Source: Eledone cirrhosa (taxonomy: Eukaryota). Taken from it: DNA of 64,000 nt. This document shows, piece by piece, positions 1 to 13,905 of this stretch. Each line of letters begins with the position of its first letter. Position 1 is the first letter of the stretch. The notes under the pieces were generated by a model. The model was given only the letters and a program-made list of their open reading frames with translations. It was not told where the DNA came from and did no database searches. A program made the translations under genes and the position numbers. The stretch is taken from contig OZ024743.1 of NCBI GenBank assembly GCA_964016885.1, positions 213,776,001-213,840,000 on the forward strand. The letters are read 5' to 3'.

Positions 1-2360
1 AGGCGCAAAATTGCGCAACCCAACTAGGTCCATACACGACAACCTGCACCTAATGCAATACATGATAGAGAGGGTAGGGTGTAAACCTGGCTTCGGTGTG
101 GCTCTGATCAATTTAGATCAATCGAAAGCATTCGATAGGGTCGACCATCGGTACCTGGAGGCTGTCCTCAAGTCGGCTGGCTTCGGCCCTGTCTTCAGAA
201 GCTGGATCGCTGCAATGCACAGCGGCACCTGCTCGATGGTCAAAATTAATTGTTTCTATTTTAGGCTCAAGGCCAGCAATTACCCAGTGCATTACTGGTA
301 CTTTATTTTATCTACCCTGGTAAGGATGAAAGGAAAAGTCAACCTCGGCGGGATTTGAACTCAGATCGTAAAGTGACGTAACTATGCTGGAAAGCATGGC
401 GTTCGACCATCTACCAATACTGCCAATCCACCGCCCTTTGGCGGTGGATTGGCAGTATCGGTAGAGGGTCGGACCGATGGTCAAAATTAATGGCCACCTC
501 TCGGAACCGTTTCAGGTCTCCCGATCGGTACGTCAATGGTGCCCTCTCTCCTCCCTTCTGTACGTATTGACTCTCGAGCTTTTACTGCGGAAGCTGGAGC
601 TGTTGCAGGGCATCGCGCTCGAACCGGGACGCGGAAAGGCTGTGTCGGCTTATGCGGACGACATCACCGTGATGGTGTCGGACACCTCAGAAATCGAGGT
701 GGTCGGCAACTTATTGGAGGAATATGAAAGGTTGACGGGAGCAAAACTTAACTCGGAAAAGTCGGTGGGCTTGCAACTCGGCACATGGAGAGGCAAGTCT
801 ATGCCGTCCAACAGCGTCGTTAGGCGCTGGATGGACGGACTGGTAAAGTTGCTAGGGGTTTGGATCGGGCCAGACCTCCAGGTGGATAAGAATTGGGACG
901 AGGTGACGGGCAGGGTAGCCAGTCTCACTCAGAGATGGGCTGGGATGAAGCTATCACTGAAAGGTCGGGCGGAGGTGGCGAACCCGTACATCGCTTCCGT
1001 CATCTACTACCGTCTGACCGTTGTCCCTTTCGCCCGTTCGGGCCTCGCCATCTTGGAGCGGCTCCTCTTCAAATTCTTGTGGAGGGGTCAGGTTCCGTCG
1101 TTGAGGCGGTCCATCTGCTGCCAGCACCCTCTACGTGGAGGGCTGGGCATGCCGTGGCTAATGATGCGCAGGCACGCGCTGAGGCTGCGGCATCTCCAGA
1201 TATTCTGCCTAAACGGTGAACAGGTGTGGTCGCCGTTTGTCAGACGGGCCTTCCGCAGCTCCTTTCTTTGACTGAGCTGCAGTCCTGGGTCAAGAAGAGA
1301 CCGAGACTGGGTGACTGGCATCTGGAATGTTGCCAGGCACTCACTGCCCTCTACCAGGCGGGCAATGCGGTCAGTGGAACTTCCACTCTCGAGTTCTATA
1401 GAGGATTAGTGGTGGCCAAGTGCGACGACGCACTCGGAGAGACTCTGGGAGTCAACGAAGTCGAACTAACCAGTCTGTACCGGAGGACTTTCGAGTCGGG
1501 GACGATGGATAATTTCCAAAAATCCCTCGCTTGGCAGTGCTACCGGGGGGGGGGGGAAACTGCCGGTTCAACATAAACTCTACAGGCACGGAAGTGCTGT
1601 CAGACGGACCTGCCCGAGATGCGCGCAGAGCGACGAAACCGTTTTGCACGCACTCGTACAGTGCCCGTGCATTACTGACTTGTGGAGTTATGTCGAACAG
1701 CTGTTGTCGCGTGTAGAACGGATCCGGCTATCGGCCGAGTCCATGGTGAAGATCGACCCGCCGCCTTCTTTTGGCCTGGAAGGGCAGGCAATTTTCCTCT
1801 GTCTGGTGGCAGTAGCGAAAGAGGTTGTATGGTGGACGAGGTTGAAAGGACTGAAGACAGGCACTTTTCTCTTCGGCCAATCCCTCATCAACTTTTTCAA
1901 GTTTCACTTGGAAAGGAAGGTGAGGGTGGAGAGAGAAGTGCTGCTCCCCCAGTACATTTGCTGAAAGGTGGTGAATGTGGCGAGAATGGCCCGTGTGAGT
2001 GGGCCTACTCTGGTCATACGGCTGTAGGTATGACCAGCTGTAGGTATATAATTTGAGGAGGAGAGGGGTGCCCGTCCAGGGTACTCTCGAAGCGTCGGGT
2101 CGTGCAGGACTGGCTAGTACCTGACCGAACCCTAGGTGGTCATCCCCCCTATTGGTGAATTTTTTCTTGTTGTAATTTTATTGTTACTTTATTGTCACTT
2201 TGTTATTGTTACTTTGTTATTGTTACTTTGTTATTGTTACTTTGTTATTGTTATTCATATGTTTACTCGATTTTTCTGTAAAACCCCACTGTCCCAGTCT
2301 TTTGTATTGTCCGCTATATGTCGGCCCTTGAGGCCAATAAATGAAATCATTATTATTATT
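1..2360 (+). mobile_element. Decayed L1/Tx1-clade LINE, 3' part of ORF2 (RT + C-terminal Zn knuckle) and 3' UTR
   Basis: Frameshifted ORFs carry RT motifs DQSKAFDRVDH, RQ(W/G)CPLS and AYADD. A C-terminal CPRC..ETVLHALVQC motif lies at ~1610-1670. The element ends in AATAAA plus an (ATT)n tail at ~2335-2360. GC-rich relative to the flanks. Confidence 0.9.
251..474 (-). mobile_element. tRNA-derived SINE inserted in the LINE RT, with a 17-bp TSD and an inverted 5' duplication
   Basis: TSD CGATGGTCAAAATTAAT at 234-250 and 475-491. Body matches the other SINE copies. Confidence 0.9.
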
Positions 2361-2879
2361 AAGAACCAAAATGTTTGAATTTCATGTTAGTTAGCGATCA
2401 TTTGATTGACAAAAACCGGGATACATCGCGACAATATATTCGGAAACTCACATGAATATGCTAATTTAATTGTACCCCAAGATTTACTTAATAAATATTT
2501 TTATATGAAATTCTTTACACATACTTACGTTTAAAATGGATATATTTTCACCGTGATATCTTCATCTAACCCCCTTCTAAATTATACTCCATATGTCCCT
2601 CGTTCGTGTACACGAGAACCTGCTAATTTGATAAAAATATTATATGATAGTTTTATTAAATAGATGAATGTATGTATTTTATTATGATAATGGCTCACAT
2701 TATGGAACTTCTATTATGCAGGTAAACAATTATCTTAAGTAGTTGGTGACTCTCAATTCGTCAGTAAATCTATATTTAAGTGTCCGCAATAATCAGCTAT
2801 TTTTATTTTATGTTTTAATCCTAAAAATCAGCAATCAATTTTGAGATTTCTCTAACGAACAGATATCCTACCTTATGAA

Positions 2880-3730
2880 AAAATACGTAACATGTTATGT
2901 TTGACTGTACGTCCTTCATGGCAAACAAAGGAACACATCCCATCACTATAACTCTTCAAGTTAAAACAGGCATCCTCTCCATCGTCGTGATTGATGTTAT
3001 CAAAATATGATTTGGGTATTGCGAAGAACTACTGCTTGACCGCAAACACAGACCTGACACCAACAATTCTACCAATAACAATAGATTACTTGAAGATCGT
3101 GCACTTCTTCGGAAGAAATTTGCAGATGCAAAGTCCACAGAGTGGATACAATTCCATCAGAGCCCCTAAAACATGGAGGTCATCACGTATTAGTTACCTG
3201 TCAGAAGAGATGGGGGAATGAAGTAGTGGTCAAAAGAATGCACCCAATTATTGATGATATCCATTCCCAAGGTAATGCAAATGAAGATGAGAATTACAGA
3301 AAGATATAGTTTTAAATAATCACCCCACTAACGTACTGCTAGGGGATCTAATCAGACCTGCGGGAAAATTAGGAACCATTTTACAGAAGTACTTTCAGAA
3401 GAAAATATTTAACATCATATTGTGAACCGAGAAACATATGCAGAACCAATCTGTCCTCCTTTATCAAACACGTAACGGATATCAAAACGCCGTTCCCCGT
3501 GTTTGGCATGATGAGTTGTGTCATGGGATGAATGATTACAACTTAGACAGCAACTTTATACAAGTAATACAAGCACTTTATGAAATCTCAGACAGTGCTG
3601 TTCTCCCGAATAGCACTATCTCCTCTCTCCTCCATGGAAAAGATCTTGCCAGAGACAATTAAAAACATTCGGACCTATGTTCCCATTTGCGGACAGCACA
3701 TTTCCGACCTGCGCTTTGCTGAAATTAACC
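2880..3730 (+). pseudogene. Highly degenerate RTE-like LINE ORF2 fragments
   Basis: Broken peptides such as ..AVPRVWHDELCHGMNDYNLDSNFIQVIQALYE and ISDLRFA resemble RT domains 3-5. Confidence 0.55.
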
Positions 3731-4216
3731 TGTAAGGAAAGTAGTGAATCAGAAATCTAAGGGCTCAAAATTTGATTTCGTCTAAATCGAATGTGCTTTT
3801 AAGAGAACCCTTTAAGCTAGACTGGGTTAAGCAATAAACATATACAAATATTGCAAGTATTCAACATATGTAGTCCAGTATAATACTGACTCGGAGAAAT
3901 ACTATTCCCATATATGATAGGATTTGTGGAAGATTCAATTATTTATTAATGTCCTACGTATCGCCTAAATCCAGAGTTAAAAATATCTGATGAGATTGTT
4001 TCTTCTTTTGCAAACTTAATCAAAGATATGTCCCATACGTAATCTCTTCTCGTCTGATGCCAATCTAAAATATTAATAATTGCAGCTGTCAATTATACTT
4101 GTCTGTTTCAGCTGGGCGCTTCCGAGGAAATATAAAAACGAAATATTACAGAAACTGTCTAAGAGTCAAAATGCCTTTATATATTTCAGAATAATGCAAA
4201 CATAGCAAATGATATA

Positions 4217-4430
4217 CGAGGGTTGGCTGAAAAGTTTCATAGACTGACTATGAAGGAGTGATGAAAGAGATCTGAAATATTGCATAGATTAATTTGAACT
4301 CATCTTATTAATAACTGTATTGGTTCGCCCCGGGGCTATTTTGAAAAATAAACCTCATTTGGTCCTTCTATGAGAGTATTTTGGTCAGCAGTGGAACTCT
4401 TTAACCTATGAACGTTTCAGCGGACCCTCG
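4217..4430. mobile_element. Mariner-derived MITE
   Basis: Imperfect TIRs CGAGGGTTGGCTGAAAAGTT / AACGTTTCAGCGGACCCTCG, TA on the left flank. A related copy lies at 18624-18833. Confidence 0.65.
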
Positions 4431-5184
4431 TTAATGCTTTTACAAAAGAATAAAGTATAAAACTCATCAAAAGGGGCTGTAAAAGTAAGTAATAGCATAC
4501 TCGGCACAACAAAGATATAATCATGCTTTAGTAAGGTTATAGGCCGATTCAGAAAACAGCGATTGAATGGCATTTCTTCAAATCGGACATGGAAAATAAT
4601 GCTTCCGTTGGTCTTTCCAGTTCTTATACTATCTGTCGGTCAGATGGTGGTGGTATTTGACCTCAGAATTCTCAGAGCTGGAACATAGCCGTCTGCCCGC
4701 CTCTCATTAACAATATATCACATCACAGGATTGATTCTTTATTTATCAACACCGAGAGAATGAAGGGCAAAATGAAGCTCGGCGAGATTTCAAATGAAAG
4801 CCTAGTGTGCCGAAAAAGATGAAAAAATAACATAAAATTAATTCTTTATTTCATTCTAGAATGAAATAAAGAAGAAATCTCTAGAAAATTCTAGACTGCC
4901 AATATCTTTCAGTCCTCGACAGAAAGAAACAAATTTAACATAAAAAGCAAAGGTGATCATATACCTAAAAGCAGAAATCATACGTTTATATTTAGGTACA
5001 CAAGCGTAATACCTGACGCAGGCAACTACCGAGATAAAATAGCGAAAACGGTGCGGATTAAGCAACAAGTACACTGACGCGTTTTGAATAATCGGCTGTC
5101 CAGTCTTTGGCCAATATGAGTATATACACTGACACGATTGAATCGTTAGCTATATCTACTGGGAAATATACCAATTGTTTGGTA

Positions 5185-5377
5185 AATAATTGTTTCTACT
5201 TTTGGCACAAGGCCAGCAATAACCCAGTACATTACTGGTACTTTATTTTATCGACCCAGCAAGGATGAAAGGCAAAGTTAACCTCGGCGGGATTTGAACT
5301 CAGAATAGAAAGGGCCGTAACTCTATGCGTCAAAGCATGGCGTCCGACCCTCTACCAATACTGCCAATCCAATGCCA
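5185..5377 (-). mobile_element. tRNA-derived SINE copy
   Basis: Same consensus as 11043-11234. A-box-like TGGCAGTATTGG and B-box GAGTTCAAATCC on the minus strand. Confidence 0.9.
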
Positions 5378-5680
5378 TGAAACAATAGGCATCAAACACA
5401 GTACATAACAAAGAGCTAGTTACAATCGTTTCGTAGCGAGATTAAGACCAAACGGATGAAGAAAACAATGAGAGAACTAAAATATTTGTACGCTGAGAGA
5501 TATCTTAATTCGGTGACACATTCAAAATACGCACCCTCTATCTTTCTATTTCATCCTTTATTTCTCAATCTATCTGCCGATGAGAGACTTGGGTCAGAAA
5601 CGTAAATACTATTTTCTTATTAGATCAAGCGTTCCTTGTAGTGTGTTGATTGTTTATATATAATATTTATTAAAAGTTTA

Positions 5681-5730
5681 AGTTTAAGCAAAGAATCGCT
5701 GCTTTCACCCTTAATGGGATCTTTGGATTT
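5681..5730 (-). ncRNA. Degenerate copy of the hammerhead family with CAGAAGA core
   Basis: Homologous to 59930-59979; 5' core is mutated. Confidence 0.5.
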
Positions 5731-5766
5731 TAATCTTCAAATTTATTATTATTACTATATATATAA

Positions 5767-6177
<411 letters not shown>

Positions 6178-6825
6178 GCATACATAGTATTTCCAAAATA
6201 GTTTATTGTATATTAGCTTTGTACTGTTATACACGATCCTAGTGTCGATATAGAGATTATATTTACAAAAGAATGTTTACATTCTATTGCAAATAGATTG
6301 ATGTTTCTATTTGTGATAGAAAATTTAATTTCGTCTTTCAAATAAAATGAAATCAATGAACATTCATTTACATTGGTATTAGGTAAACAAATGAAATATT
6401 AGATTATAATTTATTTGCATAACATAACTAACTGGAATCCAATCGATAGTAGTTAATATACAAATGGAATTAATTCACGTATAGGATTACATAAAGAGAA
6501 ACAGTTCGAACAGAAATATTCTATTAAGAAGAAAATTTGAACAGCATGATTAGAGATGATTCAATTAGATTTATTAAAATAATTACGTTATTTGATTATA
6601 CTTATTAATATTTTATCTTTTTACTTATTTGAGTCTAATATACCATAACTCTTTAACTGAAACTGGGCTCATATACTAACTGGAGATATTCAGAATGTAG
6701 AATTTGTTGATATTAAACACAAAAATCAAATAAAATATGATTAATTGTCGGCATTAGGCAAAAGTAAAATAGCAAAGCTTCGATAGAATAGTTCATGAAA
6801 CGTTAGGGATAATGGGGAAATATTG

Positions 6826-7040
6826 GTTTCTGATTTAAGCAAAAGGCTAACAGTTTTCGGGGAGGGAAAAAACAATTAAGTCTACTCAAGAACGTTGCTG
6901 GTACTTTATTTTATTGACATGGTAAAGATGAAAGCATAGCTAACCTCTGTGGAATTTGAACTCAGAAAGAAAAAGGGTGCAAATCAATGACGAAAAGCAT
7001 GTTTTCCGATTCTTTAGCGATTTTGCCAATACACCGCCCT
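6826..7040 (-). mobile_element. Older, diverged SINE copy
   Basis: GGTACTTTATTTTAT..GATGAAAG..GAATTTGAACTCAGA core. Confidence 0.7.
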
Positions 7041-8855
7041 CTAATGGGAAAACATTTACAAGGCTTCAATCATACAGCTACAAAAAGCATGTAAATCATT
7101 CTAAAATCACACCTTACTGTATTTGATGAGGGTAAACTGTCCAAATATCGGTCGCTCTCTGGTAGGTGTATGGTAGAGCCTGTAGCGGTGGAGACCTCCG
7201 ACATGTTGGGCTCCCGGACCACAACCCTACTCACTGCTATCTTAGAGGAGTTGGCCACCCGCAGATGCGAGCACTGCGAGGTGAAGTGACTGTTCCAGCG
7301 CGTCACCCTTGCTCTCTTTGAGGGTAACGTATACTCTATCCTGTCGACAGGGATCAAGAGGCGGTGGTTAAATTAGTTAGAAGTAGCGGACACTTATTCG
7401 GACGTCACTTTCTCTCTATCTTTAAAAAAATCTCTTTTAGGGTTTCCATGATGTCCTTGAATCATTAAGCATGATTACTAATTAATAATAATGGAGATAA
7501 GGACGACGATGACCATTATCAACCAGTTAACCACTTAAAAACAACCGTGTTCTATATTCTTTATATATGGTAAAAACTCTTGATGAGGTCGAACTGCATC
7601 TAAGGAAAAAACGTTCTAATGTGAACAGTAATAATACCGCAAAAGGAGATCTGAATGCACTCAAAAAGTGGTGGAAATAACGTTACAATATGCCACTGTA
7701 ATATTATTTACGTAAAGGGCGATGTAGTCATTTAAATCGCAATTACTGCATACATAATACACCAAAGTGATTAATTACCGCCCTTTACATTCCAAGTTTG
7801 AATTAGTTTCCCATTGGCTATATTTACTTTATGTTTTTTAGGTTCGATAAAATAAGTTGTGTGCCAGATAATCATTAAACTGGCATTGCTAATATGATCT
7901 ATAACCATACCTATCAAAATTATTCATATTAAGACAATTTATATTAATGACATATCTTTCATGTCTATTCATAATTAAAAATTCCCATAACAAACAAGCA
8001 AATTATTTTTGCATGTTTCGAAGACTTACTGAATGTAGAATGTTTATGTGAAGAGCAAGTACAAGGTATTGTCATCGTTCCTAATAATTACATTTACAAT
8101 ATTGAGGTGTAATGACCCAATGAACTATGTTCACGGAATGAGTATCAAGCCTCATTCGAAACTATACTAATGAAAGTATTTAAACAGAAGATGATAAATC
8201 ATTTTAATTAGTTGATAACATGGTGGTATCCTTGAGGTAAATGACACATTGTTATATGTAGTGCATTTGTGCCATGTCTTGTATGATAATAAAATATGCT
8301 ATGGAAATTATTATTTTGGCCATCTGAGTATCTGATTGAGATTGATAAAACAAAGAAAATTGTAAAATAAATATATATGTAAAGTTTATGCTTCATGCAC
8401 GTAAAAGAATCTTTAGAAAAATTTACATTATTGATATTGATAGCGAATATACGAGAAGAAGAATGAAGTCGTTAAACAAGTTGCTCTAAAGTATGAATTA
8501 ACATTTGGATTTACACTTTGAAGTAATCATCATCTTTGGATCCTAAAACTCACTAAAATTGCCTGAACAATTAGATAATGAAACCTTAGTACATATTGTT
8601 CGTATTTTGCGATGAATTACAATTAATATAACAAGCAGCACATTTGGAAAAAAAGTTAATGTAAACTACATTCAATTTCATATGATAGCAAATTAATGTA
8701 AACTACATTCAATTTCATATGATAAAGAACAATAAACCTGTTTAATTTCTTTGAAACTTACAGTAAATACACAACAAATAATTTCAGAATAGGACTTCAT
8801 CTTTGAATTCATTAAGATGCTTCTCAGTATAGCTAATGAAAGTTTGAAATGACCT

Positions 8856-8917
<62 letters not shown>

Positions 8918-8919
<2 letters not shown>

Positions 8920-9800
8920 AGGTGTGTCAGAAAAGTTCCAGGACTGCTCTCAAAAAAGATTTATTTCAAACCCAAACTTCACACTAAAAGTTTTGTCCTT
9001 CAAAGTAGTCCTCCTGGAGTATGTAACTGTAATCTTAGCTCTCTGCAGCGATCAAACTTTTTTCTTCATAATTATATATACATGTCCTCTGTTTCAGGTC
9101 GGCAAGCAATGAGCACAGAGCAATGAACAAACTTGAAGTTTCTGGTACGGTTGGGGAAAACTCCGTCAGAAGCACTGGGATTGCTGCAGCAAGTGTATGG
9201 AGATGAGCAAGAGGTTTAAAGAAGGACGCGAGGACGTGGAAGATGACCCAAGGAGCGGAAGGCCCTCAACAACCAGGACTGAGGTCAACGTTGAGTGCGT
9301 TAGGCAGAGGGTGTGTAGCGATCGTCGGCTGACTGTTCGATTGATGGCAAATGAGCTGGGCATGAATCAGGATAGCGTCTGGAAGATTCTCACTGAAGAT
9401 TGGGACATGCGGAAAGTCTTCACGAAGATGGTGCCAAAACTGCTGAATGATGACGAGAAGGGCCGACGCATGCAGGTGTGCCAGGACATCCTCGAGCGTC
9501 TTGAAACCGAACCATACTTGCTAGGGACAGTCATCACCGGTGATGAGCTATGGATCTTCGAGTACGACCCGGAGTGACCCGTTTTGATGAAGTGGACGAC
9601 ATCAAAAAGGCCGTGACGACGGAACCTCGGGGGATCCCGGAAGAATCCTTCCAGGAGTGGATGCAAGCGTGGCAGAAAAGGATGGAGAAGTGCATTAGAC
9701 TCCAGGGGATTACTTTGAAGGAGAAAACTCTTAGTGTGAAGTTTGGGTTTGAAATAAATCTTTTGTGACATCAGTCCTGGAACTTTTCTGACACACCTCG
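8918..9800 (+). mobile_element. Internally deleted mariner (Tc1/mariner) transposon in a (TA)n tract
   Basis: TIRs of ~100 bp (CAAGGTGTGTCAGAAAAGTTCCAGGACTG / CAGTCCTGGAACTTTTCTGACACACCTCG) with TA flanks. Transposase fragments FKEGREDVEDDPRSGRPST, VPKLL and ITGDELWIFEYDPE are fused to the C-terminal RFDEVDDIKKAV..WQKRMEKCI; most of the DDD domain is deleted. Confidence 0.93.
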
Positions 9801-10588
9801 TATATACACACACGTACATATTATATATATATGTGTACACACATACACACACGCACACACACGCACACACACACACGCACCCCCCCCCCCCACACACATA
9901 TATATATAACATCAAAATACATTAAAGAAGCAGAAGTAAACATGTTTGCAAATATTCATTCCAAGCTGCATTGGAATATTTTAATTTCTAATTACTACTT
10001 ATTGCTTGGTTGTTGAAATAGGATCCCGAATCAAATAATAAGAAACGTAGTGATGTTGATTGTACACTGCTGAAATTAATCAATTCATAAAAGTGAAGAA
10101 AAATACATTGTCTCGCAGCAGATTTGATAAGGGAACAGAACGTCATTTCAATTTTCTTTCAATTTTGTTATTATGTAAAACAAAAAATGAAAGTACTATA
10201 CATTGAATACATACATAATATGATTTGTAGTAGGTCTGTCATAGTCAATTGATTACAAATTCTTCTATATATATATAATGCAGATAATAAGGATATATAT
10301 CCGTGCAGGCTACATTGTAAGGCCGCGAGGATAAAGCGATTTAAAAACTCCCAAAGAGTTTCACGTCAATAGAGTATTCCCAGAGAAATTAGCTCACATC
10401 ACACCAAGATGTTAATAAATTACCAGCGGCATATCATCATACTTGCATAACTACACCTAATAATTGATGAACATCTGATGGTGTCACATAGTGACAGTCA
10501 ATGATATACCCAATGCATAACCATGTCATTTAAACATATATTTTGCAATAAAAGAATTATGTAAAAGAAACCACGTCTTAACATTTCG

Positions 10589-10625
<37 letters not shown>

Positions 10626-10681
10626 AAACGGTAATCAGAAATAACAACACAATCGGTACATTATATAGAACGGATATATTA

Positions 10682-10716
10682 CCTTAACGTTTCGAAAGCT
10701 AGTCCTTCATCAGAAG
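10682..10716 (-). ncRNA. Minimal type-I hammerhead ribozyme
   Basis: Minus strand: CTT-CTGATGA-AGGACTAGCTTTC-GAAA-CGT-TA-AGG. Confidence 0.65.
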
Positions 10717-10817
10717 AAAGAATGAGAAATAAGATAGATTGAGGGGACGGGTGTGTTGGAATTGGAAAAATGTCTTTAGATAAAAATAACAGGTCCATTC
10801 ATGTTGACAAGATCTTT

Positions 10818-10985
10818 ATAGGGTCGGACACTATGCTTTTAGCATATTTACGTCCCTTTACGGCCTGAGTTCAAATCCCGTCGAGGTTAACTTTGCCTTT
10901 CATCCTTACGGGGTCGATAAGATAAAGTACCAGTAATGCACTGATTTATTGCTGGCCTTGTGCCAAAAGTAGAAACAATTATTAT
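10818..10985 (+). mobile_element. SINE copy (5' truncated)
   Basis: GAGTTCAAATCCCG..GTAGAAACAATTATT. Confidence 0.88.
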
Positions 10986-11042
10986 ACTGAATCTACATCC
11001 TAACTACAAAGTACTTCCCTTGCGTGCTCCCGTTTTTACCAA

Positions 11043-11234
11043 AATAATTGTTTCTACTTTTGGCACAAGGCCAACAATTACCCAGTGTATTACTGGTACT
11101 TTATTTTATCGACCCCGTAAGGATGAAAGGCAAAGTTAACCTCGGCGGGATTTGAACTCAGAATAGCAAGGGCCGTAACTCTATGCGTCAAAGCATGGCG
11201 TCCGACCCTCTACCGATACTGCCAATCCACCGCC
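11043..11234 (-). mobile_element. Full-length SINE copy with ~19-bp TSD
   Basis: TSD CCGTTTTTACCAAAATAAT at ~11030-11048 and ~11234-11252. Confidence 0.92.
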
Positions 11235-11619
11235 CGTTTTTACCAAAATAATCTCTTCGGAACACTTATATATACAATATATATATGTTCAATTTTTATA
11301 TATACTACTTTCATACAATTAACATATGTGCGTGACCTCACGTTTCGGGCTCCACGTATAGCCACCATTGTATAGCGGACGAGCCGTTATAAGACACGTC
11401 TATCTCATCTGGCGCAAGGAGAACATTTAAAGAAAAAAACATTACTTCATGAAATATGAGTGGAGAGTTCTCATCAATAACATGGTGTTGTGTCGAACCC
11501 TTAAACCAAAACCTAAACCTATAATACTACAGCACAACATGCTGTGTTGATCGGGGATATATATGATAGATGCATGACCTGAGCTAAAAGTTAATCGATG
11601 TGTATGCATTTGACTTAAG

Positions 11620-11912
11620 TTGTAATTTATTTTCAACAAACTCTAAAGGAGAGATCATATCTCCAATAATATGGGCATGTTGCATGTCTCAGGAAAGAAT
11701 CACTAGGCTGAATTTACAGCAGGAAAGCTTGGAGTATGCCCCGAACAAGATGGCTGGATAACATTCATGAGCCTCGCTGGTCTATCTTGGGGATCCAGCC
11801 AGATCAGTTGGAGATTGTTGCTTCTGACAACATCCGCTAGAGGGCATGTCTGAAGACTTTATCCCGATGACAGGAAAAGAAGAAGAAGAAGAAGAAGAAG
11901 AAGAAGAAGAAG
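11620..11912 (+). mobile_element. LINE (RTE-like) 3' end with (GAA)n tail
   Basis: GC-richer segment ending in (GAA)n. A similar end occurs at ~17640-17685. Confidence 0.5.
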
Positions 11913-11976
11913 GTAGTTAATTCTAACTGGGAAATTTTGGGGGAATTATTTCTCATCTCTTACGCATAATGAAGGA

Positions 11977-12043
<67 letters not shown>

Positions 12044-12873
12044 TATACTATAAAGTAAAGCATGTCCATAGAATCATTTGATAATATATATACATCATTT
12101 CTTCTCCCAAATAGCATAATTAACCACACAAAAAATCAATTAGACCAGGCTATAAGATTAAAAGGCACCTATGAATAAACAGTAAATAAATAAATGATAG
12201 CAGCGTCTTCGCGGCCAGCCGCTATAGAATATTTACCCAAGATTTCAACAGCATGTGGAAATTAATTAGATATACGGTCAGCCATGCACAATTAGATATA
12301 AAATTAAAGTTAGAAATGCTTATATACATACCAGGATTAAATCCCTAAATCCAGACTCATGGCTTTCGTTCTCATTTTGAGATATCCTATTAAGGATAAA
12401 TCTCGAGTTTCGAACTCTTCAGGGGACAAACTCGCTAGGACAGATTATTTTCAGAAGTGGCCCCCGCCAAACACGAATTCAAAATGGCTGAGGACCGTGA
12501 CGTGGCAGTGGTCAAGTCAGAAAGAGTGTGATTGGTTGCTTACGGCGAGTGGGTTGGTTGCTAGAAAGCGCAGCCCAATATCGCCCAACCTGCATCTCAA
12601 ACTTATGGGAGATTATTAAATATAAATATTTTCATATACACCGATTAAACAAAGTCACACATATATATGTGTTTTGGCAACCATTCACGATGTAGCTCAA
12701 TGAAGAATTAATAAATTAAATAGTCAGAACAAAATACTATAAAGTAAAACATGTCCATAGGATCATTTACGGTCAACAATTAGGTATAAAATTAATGTTA
12801 GGTATACTGTATCAAATTTTCATCTATAACTCAAACTATATAGTAATATAATGTATCACACGCATCCACACAC

Positions 12874-12910
<37 letters not shown>

Positions 12911-12992
12911 TCACTCTCGCTCTCTGTATATACATATATATATATATATATATAGAAATTACATGAATCAAAGTTCAGTTTAAATCATTTAT

Positions 12993-13041
12993 TTGCTTAC
13001 AATTGTTTCCTCCAAACCGAGGTTTGGTTTCTTCGGAGCAA
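12993..13041 (-). ncRNA. Hammerhead (CCGAAGA core), inverted copy
   Basis: Reverse complement of 13538-13586. Confidence 0.7.
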
Positions 13042-13537
13042 CTATTTAGTGATTTTTACATACTTGACCTCCTTTTCAACACATTTGTTATAGTTTTGGT
13101 GTTTCTCTACAAACGGGCTTACACGTATATATCGTACAGGTGTGTGTGAAAAATACTTTAACAATACAGACCCCATGATGCTATTGATTGCCTGCTTTAA
13201 CTGCTTGTTTTACATGTATCAATCTGCCGCAATATAATACTGTATAAATAAAACACGCTTGCATGCTACACGTGAGACTGTTTCGTACACTGACTACTCT
13301 AAACTTTCCTCTTGCTTTATCTTAATAAACTGCCAATGTTTTATTTTTATTTTTGTTTATTTTAATTTTAATTTTAATTTTAACTTTAATTTTATCTTTT
13401 AATATCAATGTATGTAAATTGCCATATTATTATATTATTATGATGGATGTCAACCCACTGTGGGTCAATATATACATCTGTTTTTATATGTCTATTGTGT
13501 TGAAAAGGAGGTCAAGTATGTAAAAATCACTAAATAG

Positions 13538-13586
13538 TTGCTCCGAAGAATCCAAACCTCGGTTTGGAGGAAACAATTGTAAGCAA
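13538..13586 (+). ncRNA. Type-I hammerhead ribozyme, CCGAAGA core variant
   Basis: TTGCT-CCGAAGA-A-TCCAAACC/GGTTTGGA-G-GAAA-CAATTG-TA-AGCAA. Confidence 0.75.
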
Positions 13587-13810
13587 ATAAATGATTTAAA
13601 CTGAACTTTGATTCATATAATTTCTATATAACTGCTCTGTAAAACAACTGATGTTGTTACATTGAGCTATTTATCTTACTGGTAATAAGATAGTAATGAA
13701 TTACTGTCTTTCAATATTTAGGGTTTAAATATATATAACTATATAAGGTTTTATTATATACATAGCCATAAATAGTATCCTTAATACTATATATATATAT
13801 ATATATATAT

Positions 13811-13905
<95 letters not shown>

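Larger units (their letters stand above)
12950..13790 (+). mobile_element. Non-autonomous PLE derivative with inverted pLTR ends, in a (TA)n tract
   Basis: ~12950-13085 is the reverse complement of ~13497-13630. 13497-13790 is homologous to the PLE right end at ~31180-31471. Confidence 0.85.

Noticed and set aside
5572-5610. CCGATGA-GAGACTTGGGTCA-GAAA-CG-TA HHR-like motif
   Set aside because: Stem I does not pair convincingly; left uncalled.
7070-7357. GC-richer 95-aa ORF
   Set aside because: Probably a TE fragment, but no diagnostic motif was found.
12400-12427. Minus-strand CTGAAGA-GTTC-GAAA-CTCGAG HHR-like core in a direct-repeat element (12045-12800)
   Set aside because: No UH site or stem I partner follows; at best a broken copy.
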